A DNA stretch of 64,000 bases from Candidatus Multivoradales bacterium. Its GTDB lineage: Bacteria > Acidobacteriota > Thermoanaerobaculia > Multivoradales > JAHEKO01. Location: contig CBDCVR010000015.1 in the NCBI GenBank assembly GCA_965223155.1, positions 864,001 through 928,000 of the forward strand, read 5' to 3'. The notes beneath the pieces were generated by a model. It did not search any database. It was not told the origin of the DNA and saw only the letters and a program-made list of their open reading frames with translations. A program made the translations under genes and the position numbers. This document shows, one piece after another, positions 39,582-49,966 of the stretch (its first letter is position 1; the number at the start of each line of letters is the position of its first letter).

Positions 39582-41451
39582 CGCCGTAGTCCTCGCCGAA
39601 GTCGCTGGCGGCGCCCCACAACGATCCGTGCTCGCGATCGAAGTAGATCGCCGTGATCGGTCCCGAGGTGCGTCGGCGGGTCTCGACCCGGTAGCCCCTG
39701 GCGGCCAGCCGTGCCCGCACCCAGGCGGGCACGTCGTCCCGCACCACCAGGCGGCCGGGCTCGGACTTGTGGGCACCGAACGACGACTGCATCTGATAGC
39801 TGGTGACGTTCGCGGCCTCGGCCGCCTGCTGCACGTTCATCCCGAACTCGACGACGTTCAAGAAGAACTGGAGCAGGTTCTGATCCTGGGTGTCGCCACC
39901 CTGGACGGCGAACGACAGGAAAGGCCGGCCGTCTTTGAGCGCCATGCCCGGCGTCAGCGTCGCCCGCGGCCGCTTGCCCGGAGCCACCAGGTTGTACGGG
40001 TTCATGCGCTCGTCCAAGACAAAGCTCTGCATGCGCTGGGACAGCCCGATGCCGGTCGAGCCCGCGATGAACGCCGGGATCCACGCCCCCGAAGGCGTGA
40101 TCGAGACCACCCAGCCCTCGGCATCGGCGGCCTGAATCGAAGTCGTTCCGGCCACGAAGGCCTCATCCGGCTCGAGTAGAAGCGACTGCTGGAATCCCTC
40201 CTCGCCCTCGGCCTCAGCCGACGGCGGGATCGGCGTCCAGCGCTCGAGAAGGGCGGGGAAGGGATGCTCGCCGGGCTGGAACTCGTAGGGGTTGCCCGGC
40301 TTCACGGTCTCGTCGTTTCTCTCCCAGTCGATCGTCTCGAAGCGGGCGCGCGCGTAAGCCTTCGAGAGCAGGCCTTGGATCGGCTCGTCAGGCGCAACGT
40401 AGGGATCGCCGTAGTAGAAGTCCCGATCGGCAAAGGCCAGGTTCATGGCCTGGTAAAGGGCGTGGATATAGGCCGCCGAGTTGTAGCCCAGGGCCGCCAG
40501 ATCCAGGTTCTCGAGGATATTGAGTGCTTGCAGCATCACCGGGCCTTGGACCCAATGCGTCAGCTTGTAGACGTCGACGTCCTTGTAACGGGTGTGGACC
40601 GGCTCTTCGACGTGAATGCGCCAGTTCGAAAGGTCGTCCTTGGTGATGAGGCCGCCGTGCTCCTGGGTCGCGCGCACAAGCTCTGCGGCGATGTCGCCGT
40701 GGTAGAAGCGGGCATAGGCCGCCTGAATCGCCTGCTTGCGGCTCTTGCCCGCGGCCAGAGCCTCGGATTCAGCTTCGACCAGCTTCTCCAGGGTGCGCTT
40801 GAGATCCGGCTGGCGAAAGATCTCCCCCGGCTTCGGCGCCGCCCGGCGCTCCGGATCTTCGTCGTCCCAGTGCGGCAGAAAGATCCGCTTCGAGTCGGGC
40901 CACTGCGCCAGGATCTCGCGCCGCCGCTCCATGTTGTCGGCCTGGGCCGCCTCGATCGGATATCCCTCGGCCATCTTGATCGCCGGTTCGAGCACCTCGG
41001 CCAGACTCAGGGTGCCGTACTCGGCCAGCATCAAGAGCAGACCGCCCGGGGTACCGGGCGTGACCGCGGCCAGCGGGCCGAACTCGGGAGGGTAGACCAT
41101 GCCGCGGTTCTTGAAGAACTCGACCGTCGCCCCGGTCGGCGCGACCCCGAGAGCGTTGATGCCGATGACCTTCTTCTCGCCGGGGTGGTAGATGAGTGCC
41201 TGGGTCTCGCCGCCCCATCCCAAGGTGTCCCACATCGTCGAAGTTGCCGCCAGCATGGCGCAGGCCGCGTCCACCGCGTTGCCACCCCGGGCAAACGTGG
41301 TCGCGCCGGCGGTCGCGGCCAGCGGCTTGCCGGTGATGGCCACCCAATGCTTGCCATGGAGTACCGGCTTGATCGTACGTTGCGCGAGGACGGGGGTCGC
41401 GGCAACGAACACCGCGGCCGCGATCCCAAAGATTTTCGTGGTTCGAGTCAT
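39571..41451 (-). CDS. ggt: Gamma-glutamyltransferase family protein
   Basis: GGNAVDAA, AFADRDFYYGDP, autoproteolytic Thr in GTTSI, PGKRPRATL, QGGD. Confidence 0.88.
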   Translation of the reverse strand: MTRTTKIFGIAAAVFVAATPVLAQRTIKPVLHGKHWVAITGKPLAATAGATTFARGGNAVDAACAMLAATSTMWDTLGWGGETQALIYHPGEKKVIGINALGVAPTGATVEFFKNRGMVYPPEFGPLAAVTPGTPGGLLLMLAEYGTLSLAEVLEPAIKMAEGYPIEAAQADNMERRREILAQWPDSKRIFLPHWDDEDPERRAAPKPGEIFRQPDLKRTLEKLVEAESEALAAGKSRKQAIQAAYARFYHGDIAAELVRATQEHGGLITKDDLSNWRIHVEEPVHTRYKDVDVYKLTHWVQGPVMLQALNILENLDLAALGYNSAAYIHALYQAMNLAFADRDFYYGDPYVAPDEPIQGLLSKAYARARFETIDWERNDETVKPGNPYEFQPGEHPFPALLERWTPIPPSAEAEGEEGFQQSLLLEPDEAFVAGTTSIQAADAEGWVVSITPSGAWIPAFIAGSTGIGLSQRMQSFVLDERMNPYNLVAPGKRPRATLTPGMALKDGRPFLSFAVQGGDTQDQNLLQFFLNVVEFGMNVQQAAEAANVTSYQMQSSFGAHKSEPGRLVVRDDVPAWVRARLAARGYRVETRRRTSGPITAIYFDREHGSLWGAASDFGEDYGVAW

Positions 41452-41632
41452 ACCAGGGATTCTATGTCTCGACCGCCCGGTGGTGGTGCCCGGGCGCCCG
41501 GGATGCCGCGTTGGCTCGAGACGTCGGGCGGGTTGGCGCGGCGTGGCACCGATGCCAGCGCTCGACAGTCTCGGGCTGGGGCCAGTGCGTTTGCAACCGT
41601 CCGGTATCCTTGCGCGCCAAAGGAGGCCCTAG

Positions 41633-42985
41633 ATGCACTCGAAACCGCGCCGCGCCGCAGCCCTCGCGCTGCTCTTTAGTCTGACTCTCGCGTCGTCGCC
41701 CGGCGCCGCTCAAGGTCTCAAGGCACTGGTGGGCGGCACCCTGATCGACGGCTTTGGCTCTCATCCCATCTTCAACAGCGTCATCGTCATCGACGGCGAG
41801 CGCATCGCTGCGGTCGGCACCATCGACACCCTGGACATCCCCGAAGGCGCCGAAGTGATCTCGACCGAAGGCATGACCGTCTTGCCCGGCCTCTGGGACA
41901 TGCACGTCCACTTGATGATCAACGGCCACGCCGACTACGACCACTGGGACCGGACGTATCCGGACCAATTCGCCAGCGTCATCATGCCGGCTTCGGCCCA
42001 TCAGCTCTTGCTCGCCGGCGTCACCAGCGCCCGTGACTTAGGCGCGGGCCTCGAAGATTCGATCTCGGTACGGGACCGCATCAACCGCGGTGAGATCCCG
42101 GGTCCGACGATGTACATGTCTGGACCCTTCATCCAACACGAGCCTTACCCCGGCACCGAGCTTTTTCGCTGGGGCGTGTCGGGAGCCGCGGACGCCCGCG
42201 CCAAGGTCAAGAAGTTGGCCGACGCCGGGGTCGACGTCATCAAATTGATCGACCAGGACCAGATGACCATGGAGGAAGTGCGGGCGGTGGTCGACGAGGC
42301 CCACAAGCACGGCCTGCCGATTGCCGCGCACTCGCATCGGCCGGAGGAGATTCGGCGGGGGCTCGCAGCCGGCGTCGACTGCTTCGAGCACACCGGGCTC
42401 TCGACCGCACCCGAGTATCCGGCCGACGTCATGGAGAAGATCAAGGAGCGAACCGCTCAGATGAACATCGGACCGCTCTACTGGACGCCCACGGTCGAAG
42501 GTCTTTTCAACTACGACTACACCCGCGACTACCCGGAAAAGCTCGACGGGACTTCCTGGCACCTGGGCCTGCCCGAGGCGATCATCCTGGACATCAAGAA
42601 CTCCTTCAAGCACCCGGACCGCCTGCCGTACTTCCAGATCACCTCGGACCGCAAGCCGACGTTGAAGCGCAAGATCTCCCAGCTTCGGAAGGCCGGGGTC
42701 AAGCTCTTGATCGGCACCGACAGCGGCATCCCGATGAAGTTTCATTCCCAGTCCACCTGGAACGAGCTCGACATCTGGGTCCGGGAGATGGGAATCCCGG
42801 TCATGGAGGCGATCCGCTCGGCTACCTACTGGCCGGCCAAGCACATGGGCGTCGAAGCCGACTACGGCACGGTCTCGGAAGGCAAGTACGCCGACATCAT
42901 CGCCGTCCGGGGCGACGTCCTGCGCTACGTCAACCTGCTCCAGCGGGTCGATCTCGTCATCAAGCACGGCAAGCGCTACAAGTAG
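41633..42985 (+). CDS. Secreted metal-dependent amidohydrolase
   Basis: PGLWDMHVH, AHSH, FEH, GTDSG, GKYADII. Confidence 0.9.
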   Translation: MHSKPRRAAALALLFSLTLASSPGAAQGLKALVGGTLIDGFGSHPIFNSVIVIDGERIAAVGTIDTLDIPEGAEVISTEGMTVLPGLWDMHVHLMINGHADYDHWDRTYPDQFASVIMPASAHQLLLAGVTSARDLGAGLEDSISVRDRINRGEIPGPTMYMSGPFIQHEPYPGTELFRWGVSGAADARAKVKKLADAGVDVIKLIDQDQMTMEEVRAVVDEAHKHGLPIAAHSHRPEEIRRGLAAGVDCFEHTGLSTAPEYPADVMEKIKERTAQMNIGPLYWTPTVEGLFNYDYTRDYPEKLDGTSWHLGLPEAIILDIKNSFKHPDRLPYFQITSDRKPTLKRKISQLRKAGVKLLIGTDSGIPMKFHSQSTWNELDIWVREMGIPVMEAIRSATYWPAKHMGVEADYGTVSEGKYADIIAVRGDVLRYVNLLQRVDLVIKHGKRYK

Positions 42986-43007
42986 CACCGGCAGCGAGCG
43001 GTGACTC

Positions 43008-43043
43008 AAAAATTGGCGCCGCCGGGAAGTTTCCGGCGGCGCC
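43008..43043 (-). terminator. Intrinsic terminator between convergent genes
   Basis: Stem GGCGCCGCCGG (43015-43025) / CCGGCGGCGCC (43033-43043), followed on the minus strand by AATTTTT. Confidence 0.75.
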
Positions 43044-43074
43044 CTGGTGAATCCACCTTGCTCGGGGGGGGTTG

Positions 43075-44031
43075 CTAGCGATTCGAAAAGCCCGGGATCG
43101 AGTCGCAGTCCCGGCTCTCGCCGTTGACCGTGCACGAGCAGTCATCTTCCGATTGGCATTCGACCTTGACTTCGCATCGCTCCTCGCCGCCACAGTCGAA
43201 GTCTTCGAGGCCGGCGATGTCGATGGCCGTGTCGCAGTTTGCGTCATCCTCGTCGCACTTGACGACGACCTTGCGGACGCGTCCTTCCGAGTCCCCATGG
43301 TCTCCCATGTGGTGGAGCATGAAGTGACCCGGGCCCATGCCGCCGCGCCTCATGCGCATCATGCGCTGCGGCCCAAAGCCCTTGGACTCGTCCAGGGTCG
43401 CGGTGGCCGAAGTCGTGGCACCATCCCGCCAGATCCCGAGTGCAACCTCATCACCCGCCTCGCGGTGGTGCATCTCGCGCACCAGATCGCGGGGGGATTC
43501 GATTTCCTCGTCTCCAACCGAGGTAATGACGTCGCCAACCCTGACCCCCGCCGCGGCCGCCGGGCTGTCCTCGACAACTTTGGACACCATGACGCCCGAG
43601 CCTTCGGGAATGCCGAAATGAGCGCGAAGCTCGTCGGTCAACTCGGTCATGCGCACGCCCAGAAAGCCGCCACCGCTGTGCGCCATCCAGCGATAGCCGC
43701 CGTCGCCGGACAGGACCTCGAAGTCGCCGTCACCCAAGAAGAGTGCACGGTGCTTGCCGTCGTGGCCGTGCTCGCATTCCTCCTTGTCGCAGTGCATACG
43801 GCGGATATGGACGCGCTTGCGCCCCTCGCCATCCACGATCACCTTGACGCCGGCCTCGCCCATCTCCTCGACGATCTCGTCACACTCTTCGCCCTCGCAC
43901 CGAATGATCTTCTTCACATGGACCTCGTCCGAGTCGCCTTCGTGGCCACCCCAGACCGCGGGCGGCACCAGAGCCGCGATGGCCAGAAGACCGGCAATGC
44001 CGGCCACCAATCCGTATCGTTTCTTAGTCAT
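43075..44031 (-). CDS. Secreted PDZ-domain protein with Cys-rich and His/Met-rich flanks
   Basis: GFLGV, DSPAAAAGVRVGDVITSV; 12 Cys outside the PDZ domain. Confidence 0.82.
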   Translation of the reverse strand: MTKKRYGLVAGIAGLLAIAALVPPAVWGGHEGDSDEVHVKKIIRCEGEECDEIVEEMGEAGVKVIVDGEGRKRVHIRRMHCDKEECEHGHDGKHRALFLGDGDFEVLSGDGGYRWMAHSGGGFLGVRMTELTDELRAHFGIPEGSGVMVSKVVEDSPAAAAGVRVGDVITSVGDEEIESPRDLVREMHHREAGDEVALGIWRDGATTSATATLDESKGFGPQRMMRMRRGGMGPGHFMLHHMGDHGDSEGRVRKVVVKCDEDDANCDTAIDIAGLEDFDCGGEERCEVKVECQSEDDCSCTVNGESRDCDSIPGFSNR

Positions 44032-44121
44032 TGGACGAAATCTCCCTTCAAAATTTGCGCTTCCCTTCCGCTCGTTCCCCTATAACGCCCGGCCCGGGAA
44101 AAGGTTCCCCCGCAGGCTACC

Positions 44122-44577
44122 CTAGGCGTTCTCGGGTGCGAGCTTGCCCGCCACCCAACCCAGAGCCGCTCCTCCCGGCAAGAGATAGAGGAACTGCTCG
44201 AGGCCCCACCAGGTCCAGACCTTGTCGGGAAGATTGAAGACACCCGACCAGCCGGCCATCATGCAGCAGCCCACGATCGACAGGAGCAGGCCGTACTTCA
44301 GCCCCTTCTGCCAGGGCGCGCCGGAGAGCCCGCCCCGGATCCAGCCGAAAAGCGCCGCCTGGACCAGAGTGGCAAGCAGCCCCACGCCGATCCAACGCGG
44401 CATCAACGCCGCCACGTTCGGCGGATCCTCGTTCAGCTCCGGCCGCCAGAAGCCCGAGTTGGCGCGGTACGGACCGTCCAGCACTCCTTCGTGAATGATC
44501 GGTCCCGTCGCCATCGAAATCAAGAACATGACCATGTACATCACGAGACCGCCGATGATGACCAGCTTCCACTGCAT
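44122..44577 (-). CDS. Hypothetical 4-TM membrane protein
   Basis: Hydrophobic helices; GAGG RBS before MQWKLV. Confidence 0.72.
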   Translation of the reverse strand: MQWKLVIIGGLVMYMVMFLISMATGPIIHEGVLDGPYRANSGFWRPELNEDPPNVAALMPRWIGVGLLATLVQAALFGWIRGGLSGAPWQKGLKYGLLLSIVGCCMMAGWSGVFNLPDKVWTWWGLEQFLYLLPGGAALGWVAGKLAPENA

Positions 44578-44614
44578 GGGAACCCCCTCGTTGTTGGTTG
44601 CGGAGGCCATTGTC

Positions 44615-45343
44615 TCACGGCTCCGGCGAGGCAAGATCCAGGACCCAGGCCTCGGGGACCCGGGTTTCCACGACATGACGTGCCAAGTTCACCCAGCGCG
44701 CGCAGCGATCCAGGATCGCGCTGTCGGCCGTCGCCACCACCGCCGCCGACTCCTTGAGCGCGCGGTCCGTCTGCCGGCAAAGCTCGACTCGCCAGGGCAC
44801 GGTTGCAGACGCGGTGAGGTCCTCGACCAAGGTCTTGAGCCGCCCGCTGTTCGAGACCGGGCTGTCGAAGAGACACCGGACGCCGGCACAGGAAGCGGCC
44901 TCGAGGGTCTCCATTAAGAGGCCCAGAGCGGGCCTCGTCACTTCGAGCTTGCGATAGTGGCCACTTAGCCCGGCCAGATCCCGCACGGCGCCGTCCCGGG
45001 CCAGGAGCACGACGCCTCCAGACAGAGCCGCCTCCAGGGTCAGAAGCACGTTGTAGCCATCGACCGCCACTTGCTCCCCGGCCAATCCCTCGATCGGCAC
45101 CCGGCGAGCGGCCCGGGACCGGCAGGCGGCCTCGCTCGCCGCGCACCGCTGCAAGGCCCGGCGCTGGCGGTCGCGGAGCTGATGGCGATCTCCAACCAGC
45201 TTGAGCGCGGCCCTTGCGGAGTAGCCGCGGCCCCGGAGCCAGGAGAGGTCCGCCGCCGCCTGCCGTAGCCGCGGCACGTGCTCGGCGGCGAAGCACCGGG
45301 CGTCGTCCGGATGGGGTCCGCGGCGGGTGCGTCGGTCGGGCAT
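44615..45343 (-). CDS. DUF434-domain protein (PIN-like C-terminal part)
   Basis: DLSWLRGRGY..ALKLVGDRHQL, VDGYNVL, DGAVRDLAG, PVSNSGRL, ATADSAILD. Confidence 0.85.
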   Translation of the reverse strand: MPDRRTRRGPHPDDARCFAAEHVPRLRQAAADLSWLRGRGYSARAALKLVGDRHQLRDRQRRALQRCAASEAACRSRAARRVPIEGLAGEQVAVDGYNVLLTLEAALSGGVVLLARDGAVRDLAGLSGHYRKLEVTRPALGLLMETLEAASCAGVRCLFDSPVSNSGRLKTLVEDLTASATVPWRVELCRQTDRALKESAAVVATADSAILDRCARWVNLARHVVETRVPEAWVLDLASPEP

Positions 45344-45463
45344 CGGAGGGCCGTCGGGGCTCGGCAAGCCCGATCGTACCCAACCGCGAACCGAATCCCC
45401 GAGATCCGAGCCTGTAGAATCCCGGCGCCGGCTGCCAGCGGAATCCGGCCCGAGATCCACCCC

Positions 45464-46711
45464 ATGCGCCGACCGACCGATTTCTCGAACCTGCCCGCCG
45501 CGGCCGCCATTCTCGGAACGGTTCTGGCCGGCACGGTTCTGACGAGCACGGCGCTCGCCGATCCCGCCGCCGACTCGAGCGAATCCGGTCCTCCGGAGTG
45601 GCCGCTCTTCTACGAATACGATCCGCCATCGACCCTGGTGGTTCCGGAAACCCCGGTCACTCGCGCCCGCTATCCCTTCGTGGACGTTCACGCTCATTTC
45701 TTCCAGATGGCCGAGCAGGATCTGGACGCGGTGGTCGAGCAGATGGACGCCATGAACATGGCGGTGGCGGTCAACTTGTCGGGCCGGAGCTTCCGCATCC
45801 TGGAGAACCCGGACGGCTCGCGGCGTTTCGTCCTGGGCGAGCCCGAGAACCTGACCCGAGCCCTCGCCAACGTGCGTGAAACCGCACCCGAGCGCTTCTT
45901 GGTCTTTACCAACGTCGATCTCGACAACCTGGGAGAGCGCGGCTGGATCGAGCGCACCCTGGCACAGCTCGAGGCCGACGTCGCGGCCGGCGCCATGGGA
46001 CTCAAGATCTACAAGAGCCTGGGCCTCGACGCCAAGGACTTCGAAGGCAAGCGCATCGCGGTCAACGATCCGCGCCTGGATCCGGTCTGGGCCAAGTGCG
46101 GCGAGCTGGGGATCCCGGTGCTCATCCACTCGGGCGAGCCGGCGCCTTTCTGGCTGCCCAAGGACGGTTCGAACGAGCGGCTGTTCGAGCTCATCGAGCG
46201 TCCCGAGCGCTACCGCCCGCCAGGAGCATTCGCCACCTGGGAAGAGATCCTGGCGGAGCAGGAGGCGGTCTTCGCGAACCATCGCGACACCACCTTCATC
46301 AACGCGCACCTGGGCTGGATGGGCAACGACTTGGCGAGGCTGGGAGAGCATCTGGACCGGAACCCGAACGTCTATACCGAGATCGGCGCGGTCCTGGCCG
46401 AGCTCGGGCGCCAGCCGCGCACCGCCCGGCGCTGGTTCCTCCGCTACCAGGACCGCGTTCTCTTCGGCAAGGACTCGTGGGCCCCCGAGGAGTATCACGT
46501 CTACTTCCGGGCCCTCGAGACCGACGACGAGTACTTCGACTATTACCGCCGCCGCCACGCCTTCTGGAAGATCTACGGCCTGGACCTCCCGGATGAGGTC
46601 CTGCGCAAGCTCTACTACGGGAACGCCCTCGAGATCCTTCCCGGCCTGGATCGGAACCTCTTCCCGGACGAGCCGGCCGGCGGGCCGGCGGACGATTCCC
46701 GGGACCCGTAG
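45464..46711 (+). CDS. Amidohydrolase_2 family protein
   Basis: VDVHAH, GLKIYKSLGL, PVLIH, NAH, QDRVLFGKD, KLYYGNA. Confidence 0.88.
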   Translation: MRRPTDFSNLPAAAAILGTVLAGTVLTSTALADPAADSSESGPPEWPLFYEYDPPSTLVVPETPVTRARYPFVDVHAHFFQMAEQDLDAVVEQMDAMNMAVAVNLSGRSFRILENPDGSRRFVLGEPENLTRALANVRETAPERFLVFTNVDLDNLGERGWIERTLAQLEADVAAGAMGLKIYKSLGLDAKDFEGKRIAVNDPRLDPVWAKCGELGIPVLIHSGEPAPFWLPKDGSNERLFELIERPERYRPPGAFATWEEILAEQEAVFANHRDTTFINAHLGWMGNDLARLGEHLDRNPNVYTEIGAVLAELGRQPRTARRWFLRYQDRVLFGKDSWAPEEYHVYFRALETDDEYFDYYRRRHAFWKIYGLDLPDEVLRKLYYGNALEILPGLDRNLFPDEPAGGPADDSRDP

Positions 46712-46844
46712 CGCTCTCGGGCCAGCGACCGGCAGGCTCGATCGACCTCGCCGGTGCTCGTCTTCAGCGATCGGCGCGAAATCTCCCGCTAGCCGCTCGA
46801 CCCGTCCCCTCCCTGAGCCCGGCGGCTGTTAGACTGCGGCCCCG

Positions 46845-47366
46845 ATGGCCGCGGTCGACATCGAGGACAATCTTCAACACCACGACACGCAGGAGCTGGA
46901 CATGCGTCCAGCCCTCGAGCGGGGACTCGACCTGTGCCGGCGCGGGGAATGGAAGCCAGGCCTCGACCTCCTGTGGAAGCTCTCGCGCAAGGAGCATCCG
47001 GAGCTCAAGCTCCCGGCCACCTTCTTCGCCTACACCGGCTACGGCACGGCCCGCTACCATGGCAATCGCCAAGAGGGTCTGAGGCTCTGCCGGCACGCGG
47101 TCAAGCTCGACCCCACCGACCCGGAGACCCATCTTTGCCTGGCGCGGGTGTATCTCTCGATGCGCAACCGGAAGCGGGCCGTCAAGGCGCTCGAGCGCGG
47201 CCTCAAGATCCGTCCCGGGAGCAAGCTCCTTCGCGCTTTCCAGAAAGAGATCGGCTACCGACGACCGCCCGTCTTGCCGTTCTTGCCCCGCTCGAACGGG
47301 CTCAACAAGTGGCTCGGCATGCGACGCCACCTGCGCGAACTCGAGCGGGAATCGGCCGAAGACTAG
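46845..47366 (+). CDS. Small TPR protein
   Basis: CRHAVKLDP..PETHLCLARVY...ALERGLKIRP; RRPPVLPFLPRSNGLN tail. Confidence 0.78.
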   Translation: MAAVDIEDNLQHHDTQELDMRPALERGLDLCRRGEWKPGLDLLWKLSRKEHPELKLPATFFAYTGYGTARYHGNRQEGLRLCRHAVKLDPTDPETHLCLARVYLSMRNRKRAVKALERGLKIRPGSKLLRAFQKEIGYRRPPVLPFLPRSNGLNKWLGMRRHLRELERESAED

Positions 47367-47392
47367 CCTGCTTGTCTCGCTGGCGTTCGCGG

Positions 47393-49834
47393 CTAGGGGC
47401 CGCCGCCACCGGGCACGAGCTCGAGAGTGTGCGCCGGCTCTTGGGGCAGAAACGGCGTCGGCTCGCCGCGGACCCAGGCTTCGTGGCCGGCCCGGTAGAA
47501 GGGCGAGAGCGGGTGGCCGCTCTGGCCGGTGGGCATGTGGAAGATGCCTTCCTCCTCGCGGCCGGGTGACACCACGAAGCGCTCGGACGCCCCTTCGCTC
47601 GGCCCCTGGAAACGAGGCATGTTCTCATCCCCCGGCAGCTCGTCGGCGGGCATGTCCAGCCAGCGGCCCACGAAGCTGGGCAGGAACCGGCTCATGGGAT
47701 GCCGGATCGTCGCCGCGTTGCGCCGGCCCCAGGTCTGCTCGGCCAGCGGGCCGAGCTCGCTGAAGTAGGCGACGGTTCGCCCGACGGCAGCATCGATCAC
47801 GGACTCCCAGGAGGCGTGATCCGGATGCAGGAAATGCTCCGGCCGCTCGGTCACGAGCCGCCAGAGCGCTCCTTCCTGCTGAATCAAGTAGGTCGGTTCG
47901 AGCCGCGGATCGGCTCGCTTCGCCTCGGCCACGACGGCGCCCAAGACCTCTTCGGCAAAGTAGATCCGGAAGGCTCGCACCAGCCGGTACGCGGCCGAGG
48001 CGGTCGAGGCGCGGCCGTCCCAGTCTTCGAGCGCGGCGCGGAGTGCCGCCTTCCCGGTACGCTCATCGGCGGCACCCTCATCGGCGGCACCCCGGTCGGA
48101 GTCCGTCAGATGGGCCGCCAGCAACCGGCGCCAGGGCTCGAGAAAGAGCGCCCGGTCGTCGAGCTGAACCGACAGCAGCGAGCGCTCGTCGTAGCGTTCG
48201 AGCGCGCGCAGGGCGTCCCGGATCTGCTGCTGGCGGGCGCCCAGACGAAAGGTCCCGACGCCAATCCGCCGCATCATCTCGCCATCCACGAGGCGGGCAT
48301 TGGCGCTCCACAACATCCCCTCTTCGGGATCCAGGACCCGAGGGTACTCTTCGGGCGGGTAGTACCCATCCCACCCGGCGCCGCCATCCGCCCAGCTTGT
48401 CGGCGTCCTGCCGTCGTGGCCGTGGCGGCGAGGAATCGCGCCCATCACCGTCCAGCCGATGCGGCCCGAGGCATCCACGACGACGAAGTTCTGGGGCGGG
48501 GCGCCGATTCGATTGGCGATCACGATCGCTTCGTCGACGCTCGAAGCGCGCTCGAGCTCGAGGGCTCCGAGGTTCATCCCCTCCGGATCGTGCGCGATCC
48601 ACCGGTAGGCGCGCTCCCGGCCCTGGTGATCGACGTCCAGGACCGGGCCCCAGAGGGTCTCGCGCACCACCATCCGCTCGGGTTCGGCATCCCGCACGCG
48701 GATCTCTTCTTCGTGGAGCTCGAACTCGCGCAACCCCTCGGGGGTCCGGTAGCGATGCTCCGGCGCGTCCGGGTCGGGCTCGATCTCGACCAAGTCCTCC
48801 CAGTCGCCCCAGGTGTTGGTAAAGCCCCAAGCCACCTCGCCGTTCGAACCGGCGATGACGAAGGGCGTGCCCGGCAAGGTGACGCCGGCAATCCGCCGAA
48901 GGCCGCCGGGCGCGCCGCGGTCCGGAAACTCGAGAACCGCCCGGTACCAGATGTTCGGCACCTGGTGGCCCAGGTGCATGTCGTTGGCAAGTAGCGCCCG
49001 GCCGTCCCGGGTCAGGCCGCCGGCGACCGCCCAATTGTTGGAGCCACGAACGAGGGTCGTCGGTTCCGGATCCACCGCCTCCGTTCCTCCGTCTCGGGAC
49101 TCGACGTTGCGAAGGTCCAGGACCTCCGGGCCCGGCGTTGGCGGAACCGGAAGCGCCTCACCCAAGATGGGTGCATCCCAGGGCGTGCCCAGCGGGTCCA
49201 GGAAGGCCAGCATCTCGGCGCCCAGCACGTCCTCGACCACGCCTCGCGTCGACTCGCGCTCGCCGAAGCCGTCGTTGAGATCCAAGTACATGCTGAAGAT
49301 GACGAGCGCCAGGTCTTCGGCGGCCCAGGGTCTGGGCGGACTGCCCAAGAGCAGGTACTCAAAGGACGGCCCGGCCAAGGCATCCAGGCCGGCGTTGACC
49401 CCGGCGGTATAGGCCTCGATCAGGGCGCGCTCGGACGAGGTCAGCGCTGCGAGTGAGCGCGCGGCGCGGGCGCGGAATCGATGGAGCCGGAGCTTCTTGT
49501 CCAGGTCGACCGGGCCCGGGCCCAGAAGCTCGGCCAGTTCGCCGGCGGCGAAGCGCCGCGCCAGATCCATCTGGAAGAACCGATCCTGACCGTGCACGAA
49601 GCCCAAGCCGCGGGCGGCGTCGACGCGGCTGTCAGCCCGGATGGTGACCACCCCGGCGCCGTCTCGGGTTACCGTCACCGGCCGCTCCAAGCCGGCGATC
49701 GCGATCTTGCCATCAAGAACGGGCAGGCTGGCGCGGAGCTTGCCGCGGGCCCAAAGAAAGCCGGCCGCCGTCACCAGGATGAGAGCGAGGAGCGCGAAGG
49801 TCGCCACGCGCCGAAGTCGCCTGCCTGAGCTCAT
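47393..49834 (-). CDS. Penicillin acylase family Ntn hydrolase
   Basis: GFVHGQDRFFQMDLARR, GSNNWAV, LANDMHL, GQSGHPLSPFY. Confidence 0.93.
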   Translation of the reverse strand: MSSGRRLRRVATFALLALILVTAAGFLWARGKLRASLPVLDGKIAIAGLERPVTVTRDGAGVVTIRADSRVDAARGLGFVHGQDRFFQMDLARRFAAGELAELLGPGPVDLDKKLRLHRFRARAARSLAALTSSERALIEAYTAGVNAGLDALAGPSFEYLLLGSPPRPWAAEDLALVIFSMYLDLNDGFGERESTRGVVEDVLGAEMLAFLDPLGTPWDAPILGEALPVPPTPGPEVLDLRNVESRDGGTEAVDPEPTTLVRGSNNWAVAGGLTRDGRALLANDMHLGHQVPNIWYRAVLEFPDRGAPGGLRRIAGVTLPGTPFVIAGSNGEVAWGFTNTWGDWEDLVEIEPDPDAPEHRYRTPEGLREFELHEEEIRVRDAEPERMVVRETLWGPVLDVDHQGRERAYRWIAHDPEGMNLGALELERASSVDEAIVIANRIGAPPQNFVVVDASGRIGWTVMGAIPRRHGHDGRTPTSWADGGAGWDGYYPPEEYPRVLDPEEGMLWSANARLVDGEMMRRIGVGTFRLGARQQQIRDALRALERYDERSLLSVQLDDRALFLEPWRRLLAAHLTDSDRGAADEGAADERTGKAALRAALEDWDGRASTASAAYRLVRAFRIYFAEEVLGAVVAEAKRADPRLEPTYLIQQEGALWRLVTERPEHFLHPDHASWESVIDAAVGRTVAYFSELGPLAEQTWGRRNAATIRHPMSRFLPSFVGRWLDMPADELPGDENMPRFQGPSEGASERFVVSPGREEEGIFHMPTGQSGHPLSPFYRAGHEAWVRGEPTPFLPQEPAHTLELVPGGGGP

Positions 49835-49966
49835 CCGCCCCCCAGTCGTTCCGTCAAGAAGAAAAAGTGCCGGGACCCCCCCGCTCGGGAGCTGCCGTCT
49901 CGATCGGAGCTTGGTGCCGGCTCCGAAGGGCTCCTGGTAGGTCGCCGCAACATCGCGCTCGGTAGT

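Noticed and set aside
44615-46558. 647-aa ORF as a single large protein
   Set aside because: Only the last 242 aa (DUF434-like) are credible; the rest is antisense to the amidohydrolase.
48062-48091. 15-bp tandem duplication (GAADE x2) in the penicillin acylase gene
   Set aside because: An in-frame loop expansion with no evident significance.
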